Virus record (IMG/VR): IMGVR_UViG_3300007770_001284
Span: 124,001-188,000 of that record
DNA: 64,000 nucleotides
Direction: 5' to 3' (one strand)
How positions within the stretch are numbered: position 1 is the stretch's first letter; every line of letters starts with the position of its first letter. Of this stretch, positions 38,029 to 47,985 are shown piece by piece. A program made the translations under genes and the position numbers. The notes under the pieces are model-generated. The model was not told the DNA's origin and did not search any database. It worked only from the letters and a program-made list of their open reading frames with translations.

Positions 38029-38877
38029 ATGTCCACTAAGAAAGAGGGTACCGGTCGAAGCGAAATTTTTGGTGATATGAAAGAGCATATGCCATCATCG
38101 AATGTTATGAAAGATGATTTCGGCTTCGAAATACCAGTTGAAAATGTTCCGCTCCCATCAATGGGGCGATGTTATGCTGGGGATTCCCCTCTAGCGAATC
38201 AAGAAACAATACAGATTCGTGCCATGACGGCCAGAGAAGAAGACATTCTTACTTCTAAAGCCCTTATCAAGAAGGGAACCGTTATATCTCATCTGCTGAA
38301 GTCTTGTATGCTCAATAAGGCTATTGAACCAGATCAAATGTTGGCCGGTGATAGAAACGCAGTAATGATTGCATTACGAGTGACAGGCTACGGTGCGGAG
38401 TACAAAGTAGAAGTTGATTGTCCAGCATGCCAGCAACGATCGAAGCAAGCTTTTGATCTTGGCGGCTTAGAGATCAATCGCCTTGGTATCGATCCTGTGT
38501 CGGTCGGGGTAAATCTTTTCGAATTGCAGCTTCCTGTAACTAAGGCGAAGGTACGCTTTAAGTTCTTGACCGGTGCCGATGAGCAAGATATCATGGTCGA
38601 ACAGGAGCGTCGAAAGAAACAGGGTCAACAGTCTGAGAATTTAATTACTTCTCGTCTGCGCTACTCCATCGTGTCGGTCAACGGTGTCACCGATAAGTCA
38701 AAGCTTGACCTCTTTATTCGTAGCATGCCTGCCAGAGATTCTTTAGCGTTCAGAACTCATCTTGATAAAAATGAGCCCGGAATTCAAATGAGAAGTTGGA
38801 TGGATTGTACATCTTGTTTGGAACATTCGGAGGTACGGCTGCCCCTCGGGGCCGCGTTTTTTTGGCCTGACGAGTGA
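38029..38877 (+). CDS. tail assembly chaperone / baseplate hub assembly protein (T4 gp26-like, lambda gpG analogue)
   Basis: LPSMGRCY...IRAMTAREEDIL; AGDRNAVMIALR; CPAC; RFKFLTGADE; CTSC; ends LGAAFFWPDE. Lies between tube and tape measure. Confidence 0.8.
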   Translation: MSTKKEGTGRSEIFGDMKEHMPSSNVMKDDFGFEIPVENVPLPSMGRCYAGDSPLANQETIQIRAMTAREEDILTSKALIKKGTVISHLLKSCMLNKAIEPDQMLAGDRNAVMIALRVTGYGAEYKVEVDCPACQQRSKQAFDLGGLEINRLGIDPVSVGVNLFELQLPVTKAKVRFKFLTGADEQDIMVEQERRKKQGQQSENLITSRLRYSIVSVNGVTDKSKLDLFIRSMPARDSLAFRTHLDKNEPGIQMRSWMDCTSCLEHSEVRLPLGAAFFWPDE

Positions 38878-39115
38878 CCACAAAGAGGCCTTTCTAGAGC
38901 ACATCTTTGCCCTGATGTATTATATGGGGTTTTCGTACGTAGAGGTGTACAACATCCCCATATGGCAGCGCATATGGTTTATCCAACGCTTGAACAAAGA
39001 GCTTAAGAAAGCCAATGGTGATTCCAGGGCAGCACATGCAAATTCCGCTGATGCCAGGGCATTAATGGGCAAACATCGTGCACAAGTCCCGTCAAAATTA
39101 CGTAGATTCACATAA
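38858..39115 (+). CDS. downstream chaperone part (T4 gp51-like, lambda T analogue), probably expressed as a frameshift fusion
   Basis: The +1 frame is open from 38792 and reads FFGLTSDHKEAFLEHIFALMYYMGFSYVEVYNIPIWQRIWFIQRL through a T7 run. No RBS before the ATG at 38915. Confidence 0.7.
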   Translation, partial: FFGLTSDHKEAFLEHIFALMYYMGFSYVEVYNIPIWQRIWFIQRLNKELKKANGDSRAAHANSADARALMGKHRAQVPSKLRRFT

Positions 39116-39118
39116 TTA
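39112..39118 (+). promoter_or_regulatory. ATADTTA motif (putative late promoter element)
   Basis: ATAATTA, 16 nt upstream of the ATG at 39135. Confidence 0.4.
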
Positions 39119-39134
39119 AATGTTGAGGTGCCAG

Positions 39135-39386
39135 ATGCAAAACGATAGAAAAGAATTTTTGTGTGATTGTGCTAGATATATTCGCGGTGAAGTAGAAGAA
39201 ATTCGACTCCACGGAAAGAAGAAGGATGTGCTGCTGTTCGCAGATACCCTTAGAGAGTCCCGCGGTTTATTTCAGTGCCTAAATGAAAAAGAACCGCATG
39301 TTTCTAAAGTGCTCACTGCTCTTACGAAGAAAAGAACCGCTTCAAGGAAGTTGAAACAAGCCACTGGCTTTTCGTGGCCCTTTTAA
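39135..39386 (+). CDS. hypothetical protein between chaperone and tape measure
   Basis: GAGGTG RBS before the ATG at 39135; 83 aa. Confidence 0.6.
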   Translation: MQNDRKEFLCDCARYIRGEVEEIRLHGKKKDVLLFADTLRESRGLFQCLNEKEPHVSKVLTALTKKRTASRKLKQATGFSWPF

Positions 39387-39415
39387 TCGATAGCTAGCGC
39401 AGATTTCGAACTGCC

Positions 39416-39422
39416 ATATTTA
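39416..39422 (+). promoter_or_regulatory. ATADTTA motif (putative late promoter element)
   Basis: ATATTTA, 25 nt upstream of the tape-measure GTG. Confidence 0.5.
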
Positions 39423-39447
39423 TATGAGAAAGAGGCGGTAAAAAAGC

Positions 39448-42400
39448 GTGGCTGACTCCAAAGAACTTCAGAATCAATTACAGATCCAGCAGGGTATCAA
39501 TAAAGTCCTGCAAGATCGACAGAAGATTCTGGAGAAACAGCAGAAGTATTTATCATCGCAGGTAGACACTGCTGTTCAGCTTTGTAAGGCCCTGGAGTGT
39601 AAGGGCCTGGACGACATCCAGCAACGCATGAAAGAGGTCCAGGCAGGCCTGGCGGGGGCTGCACAAGAGGCCGGTGATGTCACCGATCGAATCGGTGAAG
39701 TGAATGACGCTCTCGATGACACAAATAAAAAAGCAGAGACGTCAGTAAAATCATTCGGTGAGCTGGTAGGGAAAATCAAGGAAACGAATGTGGCCTTGGC
39801 TGGCTTTGCCGTGGGCGCTGCAAAGGGCTTTAAAAGTGCGATAGCTGATATCAAGATGATGGGAGGTGCGATAGGCACCGCTATCAATGGTATCTTTAAT
39901 ATCGGCAAAGCTATTATCGCTATTCCGTTTCAGATGTTTAGTGGCTTGCTTGGCATGGCCAATAATTTGGCATCTGCCACAAATGTACTAGGCGAAGCCG
40001 TCGAAGAAGTTAGAAAAGAGTTTGGAAATCTTCACTCGAATGAGGGTAAGGCCCTCATGTCAGGGATGAGGGATCTCCAGTCGAGCGCTAGCGACCTGGG
40101 GGGCACAGGTGTAAGTCTTGGTAAAGTATACGGTGTCGGCCCCGGCGGCGTCGCCGCGGCGATGAAAGATCTTCAAGGTATCGCTAGCGCGTTGGGCTCG
40201 AAGTTCGGAATGCTTTCGGAGGAATTTGCGAATTCTGCTGGGGAAATTCTAGCGTTCAAAAAAGGAATGGGTCTGTCCGACGACGCGATGTCTGGATTTG
40301 CAACTAGAGCAATTTCCTCTGGTAAGAGTCTAACAAATACTTTACAAGATGTCGGAAATTACTCCATCCAGTTAGGCGACAAATTTGGCGTTTCTTCAAA
40401 GCTCATATCGAGAGACATGGGTGAGATGGCCGCTGATTTCAAGAACTTCGGAACGCTGTCGACTAAGGAAATGGCTGCCGCCTCAGTGTACGCACGTAAG
40501 CTCGGAATTGATGTTAAGGGTCTCCAAGGCGTTATTGGTCAATTTGACGATTTCGAGGGCGCAGCGGATTCCGTGTCTCAACTGAATCAAGCATTTGGAA
40601 TTCAGCTGGATACCATGGCGATGATGAACGCCGAAAATCCTGCTGAGCGCATCGATATGATGAAGAATGCCTTCCATGAGGCAGGCAAGTCTGTCGAAGA
40701 CATGACGCGTCAAGAACGTGCGCTGCTCGCAGAGCAAACCGGTCTTAGCGAAGAGGCTCTTGCCACTGCATTTTCACAAGAGAATATGGGCACTTCTTAT
40801 GAGGACATCGCCGCCGGAGCAGATGAAGCAGAGGAGAAGCAACTTTCCCAGACGGAGGTCATGAATAAACTCGCTGATACGCTAGACCGAGTATTCAACT
40901 CCGGTCGGCAGTTCACGGGCGTATTCGATGCATTGGCTCAAGGTTTTTCCAAGGGTCTGAGTGACAACAAGGAATTCAGAGACCTCTTGAAGCAGATTAG
41001 AGAAGCCATGCAGGTGGTCTTTGACTTTGGTCGAGAGCTAGGTCAGATGTTCGCAAATCTTCTCGGCGATATGGGCGTTTTTTCTGCCATCAAAGATCTT
41101 TTCAATATTGACGACATTAAGAATCTTCTCGGTATAGGCGGAACGGGTGGAGTCTTAGGGATATTCAAGAAATTTAAGGATTCCATTACTGGTAAGGGGG
41201 ACTATAGCCCTCAACAAATGGCTCAAGAGCTCACTGATTTATTTAAGAATTTCTTCGCAGCAAAATCAGGCCCCCTGGGAAAACTAAGCAAGATGATCGA
41301 GCAGGGGATTATATTCCTCGGTGAGCAGATCGCGAAGATGATTCCGTGGGTAGCCGACAAGTTTGTCGCCATGATTCATGGAATAATAGACGTAGTAAGG
41401 AATCCCGATGCTGTTAGGGACGCCGCGAAGGACGGGATCGGCGGTGCGATGTCCCAGGCCATGAGCCAGATCGTTCCTGCGCTGATGTCAGCAGTCGGAG
41501 ATATGATAGGGGCGTTAGTTGAGCTGATAGGGGCTGTCTTATGGGAGAATAAGGGCAAGTTAGCCGCAGTCGGCGCTGTAATGATGGCGTGGGTTTTCGG
41601 AAAGATGATAGTTCTGGGTGCAATGAATGCAATCGGAGCAGCTGTCGGTGCGGTTGCCGTGAAGAAGCTGACTGACTGGATCTTGTCAATGGTGGGAGAT
41701 GTCGCTGAGCAGACCGAACAACAGATGCCCGATCCAAGACAAATGGAACAGATGGGCGAGAGCGTCGGCGCAGGCCTGAAGTCCGCGATCGAACAGATCA
41801 ATCAATTGGAAGAGGGCGATATGATGAAGGCGGGCTGGAAATTAGCTGTGCTTGTTGCTTCATTCATTCCCGCTGTTATTGCATTTTCAATTGCCATTGC
41901 CATAGCCGCCGGGATTATTGGAATGGTATCGTGGTCTAGCCTCGGTAAGCTGATGGTAACAATGGCTGTAATGATTCCATTCCTTGCTCTGGTAATGATA
42001 GCCGCAAAATTCTTAGACCCCGGAACGATGTTATCTTCTGCTGTCAATATGGCTTTAGCTGCCGTTGCAATAGGGCTCGGGATGATTCCGTTCGCCGCGG
42101 CCCTGTGGGCTGTCCACGCGTTGATAGGCGGAATCCCATTTAAAGAAATTGCAAAGATAATGGCCATTATGGGTTTGGCAGTTTTAGCGGTATTTGTTAT
42201 CTCTAAACTCGGTCTTTTGTTGGCACCACCAGTAACAATCCCAGGTCTAGCGTTTATGGCTCTAGCTGGTTTAGCGATGTCGGTTAGTATGGTGATCTTC
42301 GCCGTTGCATTACGCGTCGTTCACGCGATATTAGCGCCATTGCCCTTCAAGGAAATTGTTAAGGTGTTCGCTATGCTCGGTCTGGCTATTGTCGCCACTA

Positions 42401-44106
42401 TTGCCCTTGCTGCGACTGCGTTAGCTGGTCTTGCAATCGCTGCAATGTTCCCGGCGATGGTGGTCGGGCTGTTAGCCGCCGCGGCATTTCTAACTGTGGG
42501 CGTTGCCATCTTCGCTGGTGCGTTATTCCTTGTTTCAAAGATTCCCCTGCCTGATATTTCGACGACTGCTGAGATATTTGCATCGATAGGAATTGCGCTC
42601 CTGGCTCTTGTTGCGCTCTCCGTTGCTGGTATAGCTTTCGCCGTAATAATGCCCTTGCTCCCTATCATGACAGTCGGCTTGATAGCCGCAGCGGCCTTTT
42701 TTACCGCTGGTGTTACAATTTTCGTGACAGCACTCGCGCAAGCAGAAAAAATGGCAGGTGCGACAATCAGCTCCCCAGCAATACAAGCAATGATAGACAC
42801 CATGATCAACGTGATTCTAGCCATGAAAATGTTGATACCCTTGGCTGTCGTATTTACGGCTCTATCTCCCATTCTTCCGATCTTGGGGATTGGCTTAAGG
42901 GCAATGGGCAAGTTCTTTGTCAGCGCCGCTGAATCAGTGGCATCGATGATTACAGCCGCAGAGGGAATTCCTATGAAAGACCCCGAGGACCTTGCAAAAA
43001 GACTAGAGGTAGTCGGTCACATCGCGAAGGCTCTTCAAGCGCTGGGTGGTCTTGCCATCGACGCCGCGAAATTAGGCGTTGCTTCTGAATTGATGGGTGG
43101 ACCATCGATGTCAGAGGTGTTCGAGGCGATGGGTGGCTTCTTAGATAAGATCAAGGATACTTTGGTCTCCACCGTCGAAACCCTTGTCAAGATGGCGATG
43201 GGTTTCAGCAAGTCGCAACTTGAGAAAGCGTCGGTTGTAGCGTCAGTCGTCGAAGCGGTTGCTAGTTTCGCCGCAGCCATGGCGGAACCGCTGAAAGTGG
43301 TGCAATCAATGACAGGGTTTTTCAACCCCAGCGTAGCGAGTAATATGGCTGTTGTAATCAGTGGTCTCGGTGACATTATGGATATGTTGGCCGAGAAATT
43401 ACCAATGATAATCGGTGGGCTTGTTAAGGCTGGTGAGGGCATTCCTTCGGGCTTTGGAGAGAAAGCAGAAGCGATGAAGATCATGTTTGAGGCCCTTGGT
43501 CCAATGATGAATGCGTTGGCCAAGGTTCAAGAGATCATGGAGGCCTCCCTTGAGGGTATAAACGGCCCGCAGATTGATGAGCTTTTTGGAGGTATGGCCG
43601 GCGCGCTTACAGCAATTACAGGTGTGATGCCTGGAGTCGTCGCGGACTTGAACGCGCTAGTAGGTGCCGAGCAGATGCAGGAGCAGGTTGCGAAACTAGA
43701 GACGATGTTTACAGCCACTGAGGCGTTAGCGAATGTATTAGGAAAATTTGCAGAGTTCGCTGAAGGACAAAGCCCTGGACTCATGGGTAAGGCGGGCGCT
43801 GCCATCGCTGGCCTTTTTGGAGGGGGTGAAGCGGAGACACCTGCCGTCGCGGTGATCAAGTCTATGGTGGATGACATGGTTAAAATCAATGATGTCATGG
43901 CCACTTTACCGGAAGTCAACATCGCCGCGAATCTCCAGCAGATTGCAGACGCTTTTGGTGTTACTGAGAGCATAGCAGTTGAAAATAAGCCAGTTAATAT
44001 TACGATTAACTTGAGCGTCACTATGGATGCGAATAAGGTGGGCGCGGTACTCGTCGACAAGTCAGTTATGACAACGGCCCTCGCCACAGCAGGAGGAGCA
44101 GCATAA
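39448..44106 (+). CDS. tape measure protein
   Basis: 1552 aa, Ala/Gly/Met-rich and helical, with a long hydrophobic middle. Follows tube and chaperone genes. Confidence 0.9.
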   Translation: MADSKELQNQLQIQQGINKVLQDRQKILEKQQKYLSSQVDTAVQLCKALECKGLDDIQQRMKEVQAGLAGAAQEAGDVTDRIGEVNDALDDTNKKAETSVKSFGELVGKIKETNVALAGFAVGAAKGFKSAIADIKMMGGAIGTAINGIFNIGKAIIAIPFQMFSGLLGMANNLASATNVLGEAVEEVRKEFGNLHSNEGKALMSGMRDLQSSASDLGGTGVSLGKVYGVGPGGVAAAMKDLQGIASALGSKFGMLSEEFANSAGEILAFKKGMGLSDDAMSGFATRAISSGKSLTNTLQDVGNYSIQLGDKFGVSSKLISRDMGEMAADFKNFGTLSTKEMAAASVYARKLGIDVKGLQGVIGQFDDFEGAADSVSQLNQAFGIQLDTMAMMNAENPAERIDMMKNAFHEAGKSVEDMTRQERALLAEQTGLSEEALATAFSQENMGTSYEDIAAGADEAEEKQLSQTEVMNKLADTLDRVFNSGRQFTGVFDALAQGFSKGLSDNKEFRDLLKQIREAMQVVFDFGRELGQMFANLLGDMGVFSAIKDLFNIDDIKNLLGIGGTGGVLGIFKKFKDSITGKGDYSPQQMAQELTDLFKNFFAAKSGPLGKLSKMIEQGIIFLGEQIAKMIPWVADKFVAMIHGIIDVVRNPDAVRDAAKDGIGGAMSQAMSQIVPALMSAVGDMIGALVELIGAVLWENKGKLAAVGAVMMAWVFGKMIVLGAMNAIGAAVGAVAVKKLTDWILSMVGDVAEQTEQQMPDPRQMEQMGESVGAGLKSAIEQINQLEEGDMMKAGWKLAVLVASFIPAVIAFSIAIAIAAGIIGMVSWSSLGKLMVTMAVMIPFLALVMIAAKFLDPGTMLSSAVNMALAAVAIGLGMIPFAAALWAVHALIGGIPFKEIAKIMAIMGLAVLAVFVISKLGLLLAPPVTIPGLAFMALAGLAMSVSMVIFAVALRVVHAILAPLPFKEIVKVFAMLGLAIVATIALAATALAGLAIAAMFPAMVVGLLAAAAFLTVGVAIFAGALFLVSKIPLPDISTTAEIFASIGIALLALVALSVAGIAFAVIMPLLPIMTVGLIAAAAFFTAGVTIFVTALAQAEKMAGATISSPAIQAMIDTMINVILAMKMLIPLAVVFTALSPILPILGIGLRAMGKFFVSAAESVASMITAAEGIPMKDPEDLAKRLEVVGHIAKALQALGGLAIDAAKLGVASELMGGPSMSEVFEAMGGFLDKIKDTLVSTVETLVKMAMGFSKSQLEKASVVASVVEAVASFAAAMAEPLKVVQSMTGFFNPSVASNMAVVISGLGDIMDMLAEKLPMIIGGLVKAGEGIPSGFGEKAEAMKIMFEALGPMMNALAKVQEIMEASLEGINGPQIDELFGGMAGALTAITGVMPGVVADLNALVGAEQMQEQVAKLETMFTATEALANVLGKFAEFAEGQSPGLMGKAGAAIAGLFGGGEAETPAVAVIKSMVDDMVKINDVMATLPEVNIAANLQQIADAFGVTESIAVENKPVNITINLSVTMDANKVGAVLVDKSVMTTALATAGGAA

Positions 44107-44288
44107 TGAGTAAAGAAGAAAGTGTCGGTTTCAGTCCTGAAGATTTGGAATATTTGCAAAGCTGTATGAAGCACAGTGATGAGATGATGGCAAGTGTCGA
44201 AAGAATCATGGAGATAATAGAAGAATTAAAACAGCATCCCGAAGCTGTGCAAAAAGCTCTAGAAGAGGTACTTAAGAATAGTGGCTGA
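44106..44288 (+). CDS. small hypothetical protein
   Basis: 60 aa, coupled to both neighbours (TAATG). Confidence 0.5.
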   Translation: MSKEESVGFSPEDLEYLQSCMKHSDEMMASVERIMEIIEELKQHPEAVQKALEEVLKNSG

Positions 44289-47200
44289 TGACGTTACAGA
44301 TGTTGACTTCGCTCCAGCTGGTACGGGAGGAAGCGGTGTTGTTCAGGAGGGCGATGACTTAAAGGAGTCGTCAAGGAACACTCTTGCCTCTTATATGAGC
44401 TCGCTGACGACGAACGCACGAACTCGTAATGCGTATCCGGTAGAGGATTCCACGTACATTGAGACGTCATATTTGAACGCTGATGGCTCACCTGCATCTA
44501 TCGAGATGGGTGGTCAAGATGCTGCGACGGCAGGATATACCGATACGCTCGGAGGTAATAGCGAGCAAGCATCTGCTGCAAGAACATCTTTCGATATGCT
44601 GAGCAATTCTGGGAAGTTTGATGAAGCAAGTCCCACCGCGCAACCCTTGTCATCGTTCATGGATAAAAACAACCAACTTGACGGACATGCAGTACTGTCT
44701 GATATCCAGGGGACAAGACCACCATTTGAACCGGGTGTTGGAAATCAATACGGTGAAAAGCGAATAGAGATACCGACGTACGCACCGGTCCAGCAGAAAA
44801 AAATATCCGCGATCCTCACTAGCCATAATCGGTTTAATCCAGATGGTGAATCTCCCTATATCGAAGATGGACAGTTCACTCACGCAACTGCGATAGAGCA
44901 ACCTGAGTTCGGAGTACACGCTAACGAGGGTGATGAAATTTTATTTAGCGAACTCCGAAAGGTCGCTGCGTCGTTGTTGCTACGTCAAACAGGTCACGCA
45001 AAAGAAGATGACGCAGATCCAGATAGCGCTCTGCAAGTCATTGCATCGCTACTTCCGACCGGTGAACAGTCTGGTCATACAAAAATAACGATGGACTTTT
45101 TGAGGGCTGCCAACGCTTACGGTGCGCCCGATAAACCGTCGCTGGATGCTGAGTTACTTTACGATGAGATGGGTAATCCTCTTCTAGCGTCAAAGAGCTT
45201 TGGCGCTCTAAATTCACATTTGGAGCCTTTCACTGGTAAAAACCGCACCGCTATGCTTGCTGTCGCTCTTAGCGGCATGACTGGAGTAATTCTGGGTGCG
45301 GCCGCAATCGCCGCAGTGATGCTGTTACTAGACACTGGCGGCGGAAGCCCTGTTCCCACAATTCCATCAGCGATGCGGATGGGCTCTCACCGAATTGAAT
45401 CTCAAAGAACACGAATAATGCGGATGATTGGCATCCCTGCGCTTAAACACGATTTTACCTTATGTGTTATTATGGGTATCATAGAGTTTTTGGGGCTAGG
45501 AAATGCTGTCGATCCTCCTGACCCCAGGGTCGCGACCGCAGGTTGGCCTGGCATTATTTTATGGTGGGAGAGCCTGGGTTCGAATATAGACCAGATTGCC
45601 GAGAATGTAGTTTTGACTTCTGGTAATTTCGCAAACTTATTCAGGGTTCTTAATCGTGATATCGTTCGATTTGTCATGGCTATAGATGATATCGTTCTTG
45701 ATTCTCTTGATGTGAACCCACTTTTAGTTGCTTATCAATTGGTGACAAGTCTACTTTCTTTTCCTTCATTTCGGTTTATCATGGTTCTTGCTGTTATTGG
45801 CGATATCGCTGTAATGAGAGCTAGAAGGTCTTTTCCATTAGGTGGTCGAGGTGGCAACCCGCTGGAGCAGATGCCTGATAATGGACAAACACGCCAGGCC
45901 AAAAGCAGAATAGCAAGAGACAAATCAGAGCTGGCATGGCGCCACCGCTCTGCTCCCGGTCGGTTCCTTTTACCAACGAAATTAAAGTCTGCGTTCTCTG
46001 TCTTTGATATGGGATTTGGGACACCTGATACGTTGATGGCTCTGGTAGGTGATACTAAGGGAGATACAGGGGACAGTTTTCCGGATCAGAACGCAGACAC
46101 AACAAGACATTGGGATAAGCAACAGCGAAAGGGGCTGTTGTCTCAAGTTAGTAGGCTTCCACAAGAAATGGTGTCGCAATTAGAGGACCAATTTGAAATA
46201 GAGTATATGCCCTTTTATTTTCATGATCTTCGTACAAACGAAATTGTGGGATTTCATGGGTTCCTGTCAAACATCAAGGACTCGTACTCTGTCAGCTATC
46301 AGGATTCCAGCGGTTACGGTCGAATTGATAAGGTTAAAATTTATCAGAGCACTGAGCGTAGCATTTCTATTGATTTTTGGATTGTGTCTACATCACCCCA
46401 AGACTTTGATTCGATGTGGTGGAGCGTCAATAAGCTAATCACATTACTATATCCACAGTGGTCGATGGGAAAACAGGTGCAGGCTGGCGAAAAGCATTTT
46501 ATTATGCCCTTTTCACAAATTCCCACTGCTTCCCCCATGATACGATTACGAGTGGGGGATGTTATAAGAAGCAATTACACAAGGTTTAACTTGGCGCGGT
46601 TATTCGGTATTGCGGAATCTGCTGATTTGGAAGGCGGCCGCCAAGATGCACCATCCGGTGCACCATTTGATGTTGTAACGATTGAGCGGGTATCTCAGGC
46701 CGATCAAGAGGCTCATGATGCTGAGATAGCAGCATTTAATGAGAGATTCTCGCGTGAACCCTCCGCGCCCAGCGACGAGGCTCATGGCTTCGCTGTTGGA
46801 GATATAGCGATATTAAAAGCATCTTCAAGGGGATACACGACATGGGATACTGGTGCAAAGCCCGGGCTCCCAACCCCTGTTGGAGCAACTCACGTTGAGC
46901 AAACTCCATTTCTTAGTAGGACAACCGCAAATGGAACGGTAGAAATTATGGGGCGTACGTGGATTGGTGGTGGTGATTACGACCCAACGGACGTCGATGG
47001 CGACGGTACCATCGATCAGTGGGATAGCGATGTGCAATTATCAATGGGGGAAGGTAGTCATAACATCGAATATGCGGTCCAGTATGTAGACCGGGATGAT
47101 GTTGGTGATCCGTACGGTCCAGTGAGCGCAAAAGGTCATTATCATTCTTATTTTGTTTTGCAAGAAGACCTAATTCCGATTGGTCCAGCTGACCCGAACC

Positions 47201-47679
47201 CAACACCCACGACGCTGGAAGAACAGATGCAGGAAATTTCCGATTTCTTTGATCCGAAAAATAACGCTATTGTAAGTTCGTTCGAAGCCGCCGGCGGACG
47301 AGGGCTAGCTGGGTTTATTACATCATTCGATATGGATTATGGAGATGCGATGTGGGACATGGAATCGATGGGCCGACGGGCACCTACTGCAATGAAGATA
47401 TCAATCCAATTTGCACCGATACACGATATCCCGCCGGGTATAGACAACAACGGCTTTACAAGGGCGATAAATTATCCTGTTGGTGAAATTGCTGGAATGT
47501 TTGGAACTGATCAATACGATCGGGGCTCTGCTGGTACTGTACCTGTTTCCGATATAGGCTCAGGAGCTGCTCGCCGGACTGGAGGAGTCGATGCTGGAAA
47601 AATTACACGAGATCGTTTCCAAGCTGCTGTCCGTGAGGCATTTGGTCGAGCCGGTGGAAGAATTGACGAAGGAGAATAA
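44281..47679 (+). CDS. large baseplate protein containing a tail-tube-initiator-like (gp48/gp54/CIS tube-like) domain
   Basis: FLSNIKDSYSVSY...GYGRIDKVKIYQSTERSISIDFWI...WSVNKLITLLYP...PMIRLRVGDVI, then GFITSFDMDY...W...P...KISIQFAPI. Confidence 0.7.
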   Translation: MADDVTDVDFAPAGTGGSGVVQEGDDLKESSRNTLASYMSSLTTNARTRNAYPVEDSTYIETSYLNADGSPASIEMGGQDAATAGYTDTLGGNSEQASAARTSFDMLSNSGKFDEASPTAQPLSSFMDKNNQLDGHAVLSDIQGTRPPFEPGVGNQYGEKRIEIPTYAPVQQKKISAILTSHNRFNPDGESPYIEDGQFTHATAIEQPEFGVHANEGDEILFSELRKVAASLLLRQTGHAKEDDADPDSALQVIASLLPTGEQSGHTKITMDFLRAANAYGAPDKPSLDAELLYDEMGNPLLASKSFGALNSHLEPFTGKNRTAMLAVALSGMTGVILGAAAIAAVMLLLDTGGGSPVPTIPSAMRMGSHRIESQRTRIMRMIGIPALKHDFTLCVIMGIIEFLGLGNAVDPPDPRVATAGWPGIILWWESLGSNIDQIAENVVLTSGNFANLFRVLNRDIVRFVMAIDDIVLDSLDVNPLLVAYQLVTSLLSFPSFRFIMVLAVIGDIAVMRARRSFPLGGRGGNPLEQMPDNGQTRQAKSRIARDKSELAWRHRSAPGRFLLPTKLKSAFSVFDMGFGTPDTLMALVGDTKGDTGDSFPDQNADTTRHWDKQQRKGLLSQVSRLPQEMVSQLEDQFEIEYMPFYFHDLRTNEIVGFHGFLSNIKDSYSVSYQDSSGYGRIDKVKIYQSTERSISIDFWIVSTSPQDFDSMWWSVNKLITLLYPQWSMGKQVQAGEKHFIMPFSQIPTASPMIRLRVGDVIRSNYTRFNLARLFGIAESADLEGGRQDAPSGAPFDVVTIERVSQADQEAHDAEIAAFNERFSREPSAPSDEAHGFAVGDIAILKASSRGYTTWDTGAKPGLPTPVGATHVEQTPFLSRTTANGTVEIMGRTWIGGGDYDPTDVDGDGTIDQWDSDVQLSMGEGSHNIEYAVQYVDRDDVGDPYGPVSAKGHYHSYFVLQEDLIPIGPADPNPTPTTLEEQMQEISDFFDPKNNAIVSSFEAAGGRGLAGFITSFDMDYGDAMWDMESMGRRAPTAMKISIQFAPIHDIPPGIDNNGFTRAINYPVGEIAGMFGTDQYDRGSAGTVPVSDIGSGAARRTGGVDAGKITRDRFQAAVREAFGRAGGRIDEGE

Positions 47680-47978
47680 TGATGACTGTGCAAAGATATA
47701 GAAGGGCTCCGAAGTTAAAGAGAGGAAAATTTTATGGGACTTTCTCACCCGGGCTTCACATTTATCGAGCGGTACAGCGTAACAAGATAAAAGTAACCTC
47801 ATACACAACATCAGAAACAGAGCGTTTAGATGTTTTAGCAGGTAAATATTACGGAGATGGAACGTTGTGGTGGGTCATCGCTGCAGCTAGTGGGATTGGG
47901 TGGAATTTACAGGTGCCGCCCGGGACGTATTTGGCAATTCCGCTTGACATAACCCAGATAAATAGCATGCTAGGATGA
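47679..47978 (+). CDS. LysM-domain baseplate protein (gp53/tail X-like)
   Basis: YTTSETERLDVLAGKYYGDGTLWWVIAAASG...VPPGTYLAIP. Confidence 0.9.
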   Translation: MMTVQRYRRAPKLKRGKFYGTFSPGLHIYRAVQRNKIKVTSYTTSETERLDVLAGKYYGDGTLWWVIAAASGIGWNLQVPPGTYLAIPLDITQINSMLG

Positions 47979-47985
47979 CAGGTGG

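Noticed and set aside
38915-39115. Independent 66-aa gene starting at the ATG at 38915
   Set aside because: There is no SD, and the protein-like sequence continues upstream to the T7 run. It is better explained as the frameshift extension, though independent initiation is not excluded.
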